From assembly GCA_052168235.1 (NCBI GenBank), contig JBQLZK010000002.1, forward strand, positions 192,001 through 256,000: a stretch of 64,000 nt of DNA. Direction: 5' to 3'. The notes beneath the pieces are model-generated. The model worked only from the letters and a program-made list of their open reading frames with translations, did not search any database and was not told the DNA's origin. This stretch comes from Thainema sp. GTDB lineage: Bacteria > Cyanobacteriota > Cyanobacteriia > Phormidesmidales > Phormidesmidaceae. A program made the position numbers and the translations under genes. Shown here piece after piece: positions 1-8,675 of the stretch. The first letter of the stretch is position 1. The number at the start of each line of letters is the position of its first letter.

Positions 1-276
1 GAACACGCGCGGCGTTTGGAACTTTCGCCCAATGCCCATACGTGCGATCGCATGTTCGGTACGCGAACTTAAATTCTGCCCTTTAAAGTGAACCGTGCCC
101 TCTGTCGGCTGAACTTTGCCCGTGATTACGTCTAGAAACGTTGTCTTGCCCGCTCCGTTGGGGCCAATAATCACGCGCAGTTCCCCTTCTTCCATGTGAA
201 AGTTGAGGTTGTTGAGCGCCTTGAATCCATCAAAGCTAACGGTCAAATGATCAATATCGAGAACGGTGGCTGCCAT
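1..276 (-). CDS. urtD: Urea ABC transporter ATP-binding protein UrtD (5' part; runs off the left edge)
   Basis: Manual translation MAATVLDIDHLTVSFDGFKALNNLNF...IIGPNGAGKTT (Walker A)...GIGRKFQTPRVF; directly downstream of urtC. Confidence 0.93.
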   Translation of the reverse strand, partial: MAATVLDIDHLTVSFDGFKALNNLNFHMEEGELRVIIGPNGAGKTTFLDVITGKVQPTEGTVHFKGQNLSSRTEHAIARMGIGRKFQTPRVF

Positions 277-319
277 TTTCCCTCATGCGTCCTGTGATAC
301 TCGTCTGATTAATTCGCAA

Positions 320-445
320 GGTGGGCACCGCCCACCGAATCTATGGTCTAAATCTTGTAGGTTGGGTTGAGCAACGCGAAACCCAACAAGTCTTAGATTG
401 AATCTTGAATGGTACAGAGATGAAGGTGGGCGATGCCCACCCTAC
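320..445. repeat. Cluster of three GTAG-type REP-like palindromes in the urtC-urtD spacer
   Basis: GGTGGGCACCGCCCACC (320-336), GTAGGTTGGGTTGAGCAACGCGAAACCCAAC (357-387), GGTGGGCGATGCCCACCCTAC (425-445). Confidence 0.75.
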
Positions 446-450
446 TTGGC

Positions 451-1629
451 TTACTTGTGTTCGATCTGCTCAAAGCTTTTGCGCTCTTCTTCCACTGTTG
501 GATCAAGCTCCAAACTGGGATAGGTCATCAGCGGTTCGGGCCGGAAGCGAGCCTTCAAATCCTTGAATAGCCCCACTAGGCCATCCGGCAAGAACAGAAC
601 CACAATTAAGAACAGCGCCCCCTGGAGAAAGAGCCAAAACGTGGGAAACTTTTCGCTGAAGTAGACCCGCGCATACTGGACAATCAGCGTTCCCAGCACC
701 GCACCCATCAGCGTGCCGCGACCACCAACGGCGACCCAAATCACCATCTCAATCGAGAAGGCCACTAGCATCACGTCAGGCGTAATAATCCCCGTTTGGG
801 CAGTGTAAAGCGCTCCCGAAATTCCAGCCAGCGCTCCCGAAATCGCGAAAACAAGTACTTTAAACCCCGTTGGGTCATAACCTGAAAAGCGCACCCGGTT
901 TTCATCATCGCGAATCGAGATCAGTAAACGACCAAACCGACCGCTGGTCAACCAGCGACAGAGGATATAGGCCAGGATTAAACAAATAATGGTGGCGAAA
1001 TAGAACCACGACTGCGCCGTTTGCGAACTTGCAAGGACTCCAAAAAAATTGGCGGTGTCCGTCTTCAGACCGTTGGTGCCGTTAATCAGCTTTTGCTGAC
1101 CGTTAAAAAAGTTGTAGAACACTACCAGCGCCGCTTGGGTCAGAATCGAGAAGTAAACGCCCCGAATCCGGTTGCGAAACACCAGGTAGCCTAGCAGTCC
1201 CGCCACGATTGCCGGAACTGTAAAGAGACCAATGACAGTGACCGGAAAGGAATAGAACGGGTACCAAAAGGCTGGTAACTCACTCACGCCGTAATTCGAG
1301 AAGAAGTCCGGAATCTGGTCTGCGGGGAGCTGCAAATTGAGGTGCATGGCAAAGGCATAGCCGCCCAAGGCAAAGAAAATACCGTGCCCTAAACTCAACA
1401 ACCCTGTGTAGCCCCAGATTAGGTCGATGCCCAGCGCCACAATGCCCAAGGCCAGAATCCGGCCCAGTAGCTCTAGACGAAAATCCGAGAGCACCAGCGG
1501 CATAATCACCGCCAGGATAAGTGCGATCGCAATAACGGCTCCAACCTCAATCGTAAACGCTCGCTTCTGCTTCTTTTGCCGCAGCTTACGAGGTTCTATT
1601 GTGGGTTCAACTGCAGTTTTAACAGTCAT
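451..1629 (-). CDS. urtC: Urea ABC transporter permease UrtC
   Basis: LivM-like permease: DLIWGYTGLLSLGHGIFF, RIRGVYFSILTQA, IRDDENRVRFSGY; operon context. Confidence 0.95.
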   Translation of the reverse strand: MTVKTAVEPTIEPRKLRQKKQKRAFTIEVGAVIAIALILAVIMPLVLSDFRLELLGRILALGIVALGIDLIWGYTGLLSLGHGIFFALGGYAFAMHLNLQLPADQIPDFFSNYGVSELPAFWYPFYSFPVTVIGLFTVPAIVAGLLGYLVFRNRIRGVYFSILTQAALVVFYNFFNGQQKLINGTNGLKTDTANFFGVLASSQTAQSWFYFATIICLILAYILCRWLTSGRFGRLLISIRDDENRVRFSGYDPTGFKVLVFAISGALAGISGALYTAQTGIITPDVMLVAFSIEMVIWVAVGGRGTLMGAVLGTLIVQYARVYFSEKFPTFWLFLQGALFLIVVLFLPDGLVGLFKDLKARFRPEPLMTYPSLELDPTVEEERKSFEQIEHK

Positions 1630-1670
1630 GGTTCTTGTCTCAATATGTCGTCATTCATTCAGTAGCCGTA

Positions 1671-1774
1671 ATATCCAAGTCTCTGTATAAGAACCCAATT
1701 TATTTTTTGTGAAACGTTGGTTCTGCAAACGTTTCACAAAAAATAAATGATGGGTTTTCAACCAGACTTGTATA
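1671..1774. mobile_element. About 100-bp palindromic MITE-like element, copy A
   Basis: Ends TATCCAAGTCT / AGACTTGTATA; internal arms TTTATTTTTTGTGAAACGTT...AACGTTTCACAAAAAATAAA; same architecture at 3055, 3160, 18733, 59849. Confidence 0.7.
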
Positions 1775-1792
1775 ACTTGTATTGCAATGCGT

Positions 1793-3022
1793 TTACGCCT
1801 CGACCATCCGTCCTTTCTGTGGGAACAATCCTCGCGGCTTGAACTGGAGGAAGATAATAATCAGTGCAAACACCATCACCTTGGCCATGCTGGTGTCGGC
1901 AAAGAAGGTAAAGAAATCGTAGAGCGGCTTGGTGGCTCCTTCTGGCGGCAAAATCAGCAGCATCGTCCCGGAACCAATCAGGTACTGGACAATGCCGATA
2001 CTGAGTGCGGCCACAATCGTACCGACCAAGTTGCCGACGCCGCCCACAACCACAACCATGAAGGCGTCCACAATGTAGTTTGCACCTAGGTTTGGCCCCA
2101 CTGCGCCCAGTAGCGTAATGGCGCAGCCCGCTAGCCCAGCTAAACCTGAACCAAGGGCAAAGGTAATCGCATCTACCCGCTCAGTTGGAACGCCTAAACA
2201 AGCGCTCATGCTGCGGTTTTGGGTAACAGACCGAATTCGTAACCCCCAATTTGTGCCGCGCAGGAACCAGTACACGCCTGCGACGCATACAATCGTCAGC
2301 ACAATAATAAAAATCCGGTTAGCCGGAAACTGCATAGCGTTCCCGAGAGAGAAGCCGCCCTGTAGCCAACTGGGGGCTTCAACAGACTTGTTCTGCTTAC
2401 CAAACCAGGCGACGGTGAGCCAGTTGATGCTGGCCCGTTGCCCAGTGGTATAGATGATTGTGCCAATAACGGTGGCAATCACGGCAGATGCGATCGCAAA
2501 AATAGCGGTGAGCCGATTCTGTTGCGTCATCCATTCCGGTCGCTGGCTGCCAATCTTTAAGGCAATAAAGAACAGAATGCCAAATACGAGAAGTGCGATC
2601 GCCATTGATGTGTTTATGCTGCGCACCAGCTCAATCAGGATCAAGCTCACGCCCCAAGTTGCCAACAGCGTTTCCAGTGCCCGACCGTAGAGAAAGCGAA
2701 TCACCCAGCGTTCTAATAGCACACCGATTAAGGCCGCCACAATAAACGCCGCAATCAGCGCCGGAAAGATGTAGGTTTTCTGCCAAAACTGTTCAAAGCC
2801 CTCACTTATCGGTAGGGAAATTCCCAAATTAGCTGGAATTGTCGGCAAAATTTGCACCACGTAAGTGGTGTAAGCCCCTAACATCATCAGTTCACCGTGG
2901 GCCAGGTTAATTACTCCCATCAGGCCAAATACGATGGCCAAACCCAGCGCCACAATCAGGAGCACTGCCCCAATTCCCAAACCATTAAAAATTCCGCTAA
3001 TCAGTTGCTCAATCACACTCAT
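1793..3022 (-). CDS. urtB: Urea ABC transporter permease UrtB
   Basis: LivH-like: GLAIVFGLMGVINLAHGELMMLGAY, ETLLATWGVSLIL, FLQFKPRGLFPQKGR. Confidence 0.95.
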   Translation of the reverse strand: MSVIEQLISGIFNGLGIGAVLLIVALGLAIVFGLMGVINLAHGELMMLGAYTTYVVQILPTIPANLGISLPISEGFEQFWQKTYIFPALIAAFIVAALIGVLLERWVIRFLYGRALETLLATWGVSLILIELVRSINTSMAIALLVFGILFFIALKIGSQRPEWMTQQNRLTAIFAIASAVIATVIGTIIYTTGQRASINWLTVAWFGKQNKSVEAPSWLQGGFSLGNAMQFPANRIFIIVLTIVCVAGVYWFLRGTNWGLRIRSVTQNRSMSACLGVPTERVDAITFALGSGLAGLAGCAITLLGAVGPNLGANYIVDAFMVVVVGGVGNLVGTIVAALSIGIVQYLIGSGTMLLILPPEGATKPLYDFFTFFADTSMAKVMVFALIIIFLQFKPRGLFPQKGRMVEA

Positions 3023-3054
3023 CCCTCAGCCAACGACAGCTCAGTCCATGCCTT

Positions 3055-3157
3055 GTTCCAAATCCGACTAGGAAAAACTCAAATCATTTTTGTGAAAGTT
3101 AGGCACAGCCCAACTTTCACAAAAAATAAAACTGGTTTTCATGAGCGGACTTCATAT
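3055..3157. mobile_element. MITE-like element, copy B
   Basis: Ends TCCAAATCCG / CGGACTTCATAT; internal TTTTTGTGAAAGTT...AACTTTCACAAAAA palindrome. Confidence 0.65.
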
Positions 3158-3159
3158 CA

Positions 3160-3255
3160 CAATCAGACTTATTTTTTGGTGAACAGTTGGGATTCTACGC
3201 CCTGCCAACCGTTTACCAAAAAATAATCTGCGGTTTTCAAACCAAATTCTGTATC
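3160..3255. mobile_element. MITE-like element, copy C (degenerate, tandem to copy B)
   Basis: TTATTTTTTGGTGAAC...GTTTACCAAAAAATAA arms followed by GGTTTTCA, as in the other copies. Confidence 0.55.
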
Positions 3256-3476
3256 GTTTGTATCGCCCATCTCTTGACCGGAGAAAGCTTGTAGATAACG
3301 TTAGGGGATTGACAAAGAGGGAGAGCTGTCAGCTTGATCCCCCTTGCGTCATCTCCTAATGGCGATGTCGGCGTTGCAGCTAATTACAAGCTGCGATCGC
3401 AAAACAGCGATATTGAAAACGGCGATTTCAGTATGCAATTGTTCGCACACTGAAATCACCTGTTGAAGACTACCCG

Positions 3477-4811
3477 CTACGCTTCCGCCTGATACTTACC
3501 GCCCTTCGCCGGATCAGACCAGTCACAGGCAAATCCCTTCGTGTCAGGAACATACTGGTTCCAAGGCAGCGGATCAACTGGGCCATCGGTGGATGACACG
3601 ATCTCGAACATACCGTCATCGCGGATCTCACCGATTCTCACCGTCTTAGAAATGTGGTGATTCGGGTTCATCGTGACTAAGCCTTCGGGGGCGTTAAACG
3701 TTTGACCATAGGCTGCTGTCCGCACAGCATTGAGATCGTCAGCTGTTCCAGCTTGCTCAACCGCCTGCTTCCAGAGGTAAACCATGATGTAAGCGGCTTC
3801 CATCGGGTCGTTTGTTACCCGATCATCACCATACTTCGCCTTGAAATCTGCCACCCACTTCTCATTTTCAGGTGTTTCAACGGTTTGGAAGTAGTTCCAA
3901 GCCGCATAATGGCCGGTTAAGAAGTCTGTACCGATCTGGCGAACTTCCTCTTCTGCAATGCTCACCGACATAACAGGATACTTGTCTGGAGTCAGACCCG
4001 CTGACTTCAACTGCTTGAAGAATGCAACGTTGCTGTCTCCGTTTAGGCTATTGAAGATCACGCCGCCATCGGGTAAAGCCGCCCGAATTTTGGCGATGAT
4101 TGGAGTAACCTCAGTATTACCCAGAGGTAGATAGTCTTCTCCAACCGTCTCGCCACCTTTGGCCGTGAGTTGCTCTTTGATAATTGTGTTAGCTGTACGC
4201 GGGAACACATAGTCGGAACCCACTAGGAAGAACTGATTGCCTTTGTTTTCTAGCAGCCAATCCACCGCAGGCTCGATCTGCTGGTTTGGCGCAGCACCCG
4301 TGTAGAAAATGTTTTTCGAGCACTCTTGGCCCTCGTACTGAACGGGATACCAGAGCATGTGATCCTTGGATTCAAACACGGGCAGAACAGCCTTACGGCT
4401 AGCCGATGTCCAGCAGCCAAAGATCGTTACCACTTGATCCTGGTCAATTAGCTTCTCAGCTTTTTCTGCAAAGGTTGGCCAGTCGGATGCACCGTCTTCC
4501 ATGACGAACTCGATCTGCTTGCCGAGTACACCACCGTTGGCGTTAATTTCGTCGATTGCCATCTTCTCAGCATCCACGACGGTCGTTTCGCTAATCGCCA
4601 TCGTGCCGCTCAGGGAGTGCAGAATTCCTACCTTGATCGTGTCACCACTGCTCGGCGCAGCCCCTGTCGTTTCTCCAGTTGTCTCTTCAGTTGTGGACTC
4701 AGTCTCTGTCGTTGCATTGGGACTCGCCCCACATGCCTTCAACAAAATGCTGGTTCCTAATGCAGCAGACCCGTACAGTAAAAATTTCCGTCTACCAAAT
4801 TGACTTGACAT
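3477..4811 (-). CDS. urtA: Urea ABC transporter substrate-binding lipoprotein UrtA
   Basis: Tat/lipoprotein signal (FGRRKFL...LLKAC), [41 protein letters not shown] at 4811 preferred over the upstream TTG. Confidence 0.97.
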   Translation of the reverse strand: MSSQFGRRKFLLYGSAALGTSILLKACGASPNATTETESTTEETTGETTGAAPSSGDTIKVGILHSLSGTMAISETTVVDAEKMAIDEINANGGVLGKQIEFVMEDGASDWPTFAEKAEKLIDQDQVVTIFGCWTSASRKAVLPVFESKDHMLWYPVQYEGQECSKNIFYTGAAPNQQIEPAVDWLLENKGNQFFLVGSDYVFPRTANTIIKEQLTAKGGETVGEDYLPLGNTEVTPIIAKIRAALPDGGVIFNSLNGDSNVAFFKQLKSAGLTPDKYPVMSVSIAEEEVRQIGTDFLTGHYAAWNYFQTVETPENEKWVADFKAKYGDDRVTNDPMEAAYIMVYLWKQAVEQAGTADDLNAVRTAAYGQTFNAPEGLVTMNPNHHISKTVRIGEIRDDGMFEIVSSTDGPVDPLPWNQYVPDTKGFACDWSDPAKGGKYQAEA

Positions 4812-4926
4812 GCAGCGTCTCTCCTGACTCAATCAGCCATTCACCACTACGCGATTGACCTAAATCTCTAAATTCTCAGCAACGAAGCTATCGTTAGGTC
4901 AAATACACGTAAGTACACCGAGTGCG

Positions 4927-4968
4927 ATATTAGGCCGATGGTCTAGCAAGAATTGTATTTAACGATAC
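4927..4968 (-). promoter_or_regulatory. Canonical NtcA-activated promoter of the urt operon
   Basis: Minus strand reads GTA-tcgttaaa-TAC, exactly 22 nt, then TAATAT, matching GTAN8TAC-N22-TAN3T. Confidence 0.9.
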
Positions 4969-5188
4969 AAATATTCTCTTTCGCGGGATAGATGCCAACT
5001 TACAAAATTAACTATCTAAGTTGGATTCAGCTATTTTGAATGAGTCTCTGCACAGGTATGGTTCAGTAATCAGAATCAATAAAAATTCTCAGCAATGCCA
5101 AATTTGGGCTCCAAACCTTTAAATTACTTAACAATTGAGGCATTTTAGCGCTTGGCGTGAGGCTGGAGACGCGCCATTGAGGGCAATG

Positions 5189-6115
5189 CTATAGCGAGCT
5201 GGAATTGAGGCTATCGGCTTCGCCAGGAGTCTGTGGTAGATGCAGTCCACATTCCTGCTTTAAACCTCGGAAGCGAGTATCTCGTTCATCTTCATCGCTG
5301 GCGGTGAGAGGACGACTCGAATGCCAATCGCCAACCGTGACGTAGCCTTGATCGAACATGGGGTGATAGGGCAGATCGTGCGTGGTTAAGTATTGATAAA
5401 TGTCGCGTGAATTCCAGGTGAGAATGGGATGCACTTTATAGATATCGCCTTGCCGAGCTACCCAGCCCAAGGATTGCCGATGACTGGTTTGCTCACTGCG
5501 TAATCCAGCCAGCCAAGCTGTCGCGCCCAGTTCCTTCAGGGCGCGCTGCATCGGTTCAACCTTGCGCATGTAGTCGTAGCGGTTGAGATCGTCTAAATCA
5601 TCTTCTGCCCAAAGCCTGCCGTAGAGGGCTTCCATGCGAGCTGGACTAATAGGAGATTGATAAACCTTGAGATTGAGGTGCAGTCGTTCGGATAGTTCTT
5701 CGGCAAATTGATATGTCTCTTTGGGTAAATAGCCTGTATCAACCCAAATCACTGGAATATCTGGCACAACGGATGTGACCAAGTGCAGCATGACGGCGGA
5801 TTGGATACCAAAGCTAGTACTCAGCACTAACCCCTCGCCAAAGGTATCAGCAGCCCACTGCACTAGCTGAGTTGATGAAAATCCATCTACGTCCTGGTTG
5901 ACAGCATTTAGATCCAAATCGGGAGGCTGAACCGCATCGCTCAGAATGTGGAGGTCTGAAGATTGCCGATGACGATTATGCTTGATTTGCTGGATAGCAA
6001 GTGAATCCATTTTCTCAGCTGTGATCACTCGTCCATTGTGGTCAGAGGTAGTTGGATTCAGATGCGGCATAGGTCTATCTGCGAATAAACGTTGATGGTG
6101 TTCAATAATAACCAT
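5189..6115 (-). CDS. cysH: Phosphoadenylyl-sulfate (PAPS) reductase; true start probably downstream of 6115
   Basis: [31 protein letters not shown]-terminal ECGLH; no CC..CxxC cluster ligands. Confidence 0.93.
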   Translation of the reverse strand: MVIIEHHQRLFADRPMPHLNPTTSDHNGRVITAEKMDSLAIQQIKHNRHRQSSDLHILSDAVQPPDLDLNAVNQDVDGFSSTQLVQWAADTFGEGLVLSTSFGIQSAVMLHLVTSVVPDIPVIWVDTGYLPKETYQFAEELSERLHLNLKVYQSPISPARMEALYGRLWAEDDLDDLNRYDYMRKVEPMQRALKELGATAWLAGLRSEQTSHRQSLGWVARQGDIYKVHPILTWNSRDIYQYLTTHDLPYHPMFDQGYVTVGDWHSSRPLTASDEDERDTRFRGLKQECGLHLPQTPGEADSLNSSSL

Positions 6116-6160
6116 CTGACTAGTTTATCGCGATGTCTGTTGCTTCAACGTGCCCCGGTA

Positions 6161-6239
6161 TCAGTATTGTGAAATTTCAGTATTGTGAAATTTCAGTATT
6201 GTGAAATTTCAGTATTGTGAAATTTCAGTATTGTGAAAT
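6161..6239. repeat. Perfect tandem repeat, 16-bp unit TCAGTATTGTGAAATT x about 5
   Basis: Units start at 6161, 6177, 6193, 6209 and 6225; no spacers. Confidence 0.97.
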
Positions 6240-6312
6240 GAATGATGGGATTTGGGGCGCTGGGCAAAACGGTTGAGCAGGGGTGAGTGAGGCGAAATTA
6301 AATTAAAGATTA

Positions 6313-6499
6313 AGTCTGGACTGGCTAACGCAATCTGTCGTGTCGGCGCTTCAGGCTGTTCTTGTGGAAGGTTTCGCTTCCCTTGGGCAACCGTAAAGCA
6401 GGGGAAACGGTAAAAACCCTGCACCACACGTTAACCAGTCCAGATGAGGCCGCCACTCTGAATAGGTATTTATCAGAGCGATCACGATCAGCCTCTTTT
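6313..6499 (+). ncRNA. ssrS: Probable 6S RNA (cyanobacterial ssaA/ssrS)
   Basis: About 185 nt. Closing stem TCTGGACTGG(c)TAACG 6315-6330 pairs with CGTTA(a)CCAGTCCAGA 6429-6444. It has a central bubble, an irregular apical stem (GGAAG/CTTCC) and a 3' hairpin GAGGC...GCCTC plus TTTT. AT-rich -10-like TAAATT lies just upstream. Confidence 0.72.
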
Positions 6500-6666
6500 A
6501 ATCATTGGCCAAATCATCACCATTTTGATCCCTGACACCGTTCTCCTTCGGGATCAAATGAGCAGAGTAAACAGCAAAATCCCTGCGATGGCCTCTGCAA
6601 AAACCTTTCCAAGCTGGAAATGGCTTTGCCTTGCAGTACCTTTATTGTGGCTATTAGTTCCGAAAA

Positions 6667-6682
6667 TGTAATGCAGTTTACA
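6667..6682. promoter_or_regulatory. Perfect NtcA-type palindrome
   Basis: TGTA-atgcagtt-TACA with AT-rich flanks; no TAN3T at N22 on either strand. Confidence 0.55.
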
Positions 6683-6975
6683 AAAAATCTTAAATATTCT
6701 TAGAGTAGTAACGCTGAGAAGAGGTTTAGGGAAGGGGGTGGGATCAGTTACTAGTGGGTCACTTGGTATGAACATCGCCATTCTTGAAAGAGCCGTTCAC
6801 CCTAGTGCTGCTGAGCGAAGCACTCGAGTAATGGCTATATTCGAGGCAAACGACCCACTAGGTGTTGGATATTGGGTATAAGAGGGCAGGATTCAGCTAT
6901 TCCTGATTTCCCAGTACCTGAAAACCAATACCCAGCGCTCTCGATTCTTTATCGTCAACATCAGCTTGACGGCGA

Positions 6976-7686
6976 CTAGCAAAGGCTGGGCTTACGTTGT
7001 CCCTGTTGTCGCTGTTGATATTGTTGGCGATTAAAGGTTTTTTGCTCCTCCGTCAGAATGTCGGGTTCAGCAGGTGGTCGCATATCCCACTGCACTTCGG
7101 CCAAAAGGAGTAGACAGCCGGATAAAACCGAGCCACTGGCCAGGAACTGCCAGGTCGGGACAAATTGCAGCAGCGGAATTGCCACACAGTGCAATAGTCC
7201 AGCAATAAGGAAGGTGCGCGATCGCAACCCGATGCCGGTACAAAAATAGCCGAGTGCGCTCAAGCCCAACCAGAGAGGACAGAGGTGAATCAAAATCCAG
7301 ACGTTGCTTTGGAAAATGCCGTAGTCGGTTAGGCTGATCCCCAGCAGCATTAGGCCGCTCCAGCAGTAGATGACCCAGCGCAGACGTTCGACTCTGACCC
7401 AGAACCAGGCCAAGTTAGTCATGGTTGCGATCGCAACTGCGACCAAAACGGAGCCACCAATGGCCTGAATCCGCCAGTCAATCGGAGCAAACTGGGCAAT
7501 GCCAAAAATGAGAGCCGTCAGCCAGCCCCAAATGACAAAAATCTGATCGATGCGGGTATACATCAGGGACAGGAGCGTGTACCCCCGGAAACCCCACTGA
7601 ATTTTGAGTAAGCCTTGCTGATCTTGAATGTCGAGTGCTTCTTGCTTGCAGCGCAGGAGCGGTTCAGTCGGATTGAAAAACGTCAT
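6976..7686 (-). CDS. Conserved-type cyanobacterial membrane protein (about 6 TM, Trp-rich), function unknown
   Basis: Long ORF with hydrophobic helices and HIP1 sites. Confidence 0.75.
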   Translation of the reverse strand: MTFFNPTEPLLRCKQEALDIQDQQGLLKIQWGFRGYTLLSLMYTRIDQIFVIWGWLTALIFGIAQFAPIDWRIQAIGGSVLVAVAIATMTNLAWFWVRVERLRWVIYCWSGLMLLGISLTDYGIFQSNVWILIHLCPLWLGLSALGYFCTGIGLRSRTFLIAGLLHCVAIPLLQFVPTWQFLASGSVLSGCLLLLAEVQWDMRPPAEPDILTEEQKTFNRQQYQQRQQGQRKPSLC

Positions 7687-7813
7687 CGGCTAGAGCAAAG
7701 ATTTAATCTTTAATTTTTGTAAATCACCAGCAAAATTGTAACAAAAAGATACAAGCGCAGGATCAAAAAGTCCTGGATACCCTTTTAAGGGTTTGACTAA
7801 CCCACCCGTTTCT

Positions 7814-7881
7814 GTAGGGGCAGGTTTTGTTAATCGCTTGAGTGCTGTTGATCATCAGCTCACGGCTAAACCTGCCCCTAC
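7814..7881. repeat. GTAG-type REP-like inverted pair
   Basis: GTAGGGGCAGGTTT...AAACCTGCCCCTAC. Confidence 0.75.
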
Positions 7882-7898
7882 GGGATGTTGAAACGCGA

Positions 7899-8603
7899 TT
7901 AGATTAGCCATTGGCAGAGCAAGAAAGCTGCGATCGCACTGCCGACAGGAACGGTCAAATTATCAATTCCCCAGCGAGAGAAGGCTTCGAGCGTGGTTGC
8001 AATCAGGGCGGTGCCGATGGCGACTGAAACTGCGATCTCAAATGGATTGCCTGCCACGAGCAAAATAAGGCTAGTCACAAGGCCACTCATGACAGCCATT
8101 GTCAGAGAGCCTTCCCAGCTTTTTTTGATGCCCCACAGTTCGTAGGGGTGAGCGCCGAAGCGTTGCCCAATGAGCGCCGCAAAGCCGTCGCCCCAGGTCA
8201 TGACCAGAATGCCAATGACCGCAAATTCGGGTCGAGGCATCGGCCAGAAAATGCTGACCAATACGCCAATGCTGACGGCGTAGAAGAAGGTGCCGAGACT
8301 GTTGCGACCGACGCCGTTAATGCTGGGCAAAATCGGCAAGCGATAGGAAATCAGCGCCACGATGCTAAAAATCACCGATGCGCCGATGCTGACCCAGGCC
8401 GGAATTTGCAGCCACCAGGCCAGCAGAATCACGTTACCAGTCCCGATATGCACGATTTTGCGCGTTACTTCTGAATCGAATTTGGTGTAGCGGTTCAGTC
8501 CCTCTGCCAGTCCGCCGACAACGCCTAGCCACCCCAAAACGGCAGCGAGTTGAACGCTTAACGGCAGGACGGAGTTAGATTCATTCAATACGGTTAACAG
8601 CAA
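7899..8603 (-). CDS. Phytol/dolichol kinase family (CTP-dependent polyprenol kinase, VTE5-like)
   Basis: RKIVHIGTG, GDGFAALIGQRFG, KKSWEGS, DNLTVP motifs. Confidence 0.88.
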   Translation of the reverse strand: MLLTVLNESNSVLPLSVQLAAVLGWLGVVGGLAEGLNRYTKFDSEVTRKIVHIGTGNVILLAWWLQIPAWVSIGASVIFSIVALISYRLPILPSINGVGRNSLGTFFYAVSIGVLVSIFWPMPRPEFAVIGILVMTWGDGFAALIGQRFGAHPYELWGIKKSWEGSLTMAVMSGLVTSLILLVAGNPFEIAVSVAIGTALIATTLEAFSRWGIDNLTVPVGSAIAAFLLCQWLI

Positions 8604-8675
8604 GGGAATCGACTCTCCAAAAACTCATTTTTTACCGTACTACGTTCTGAATGCTGCTTCTGAACTCCTCTTGCC

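Noticed and set aside
6161..6239. Possible CRISPR array
   Set aside because: Units are 16 bp and directly adjacent, with no spacers and no cas genes
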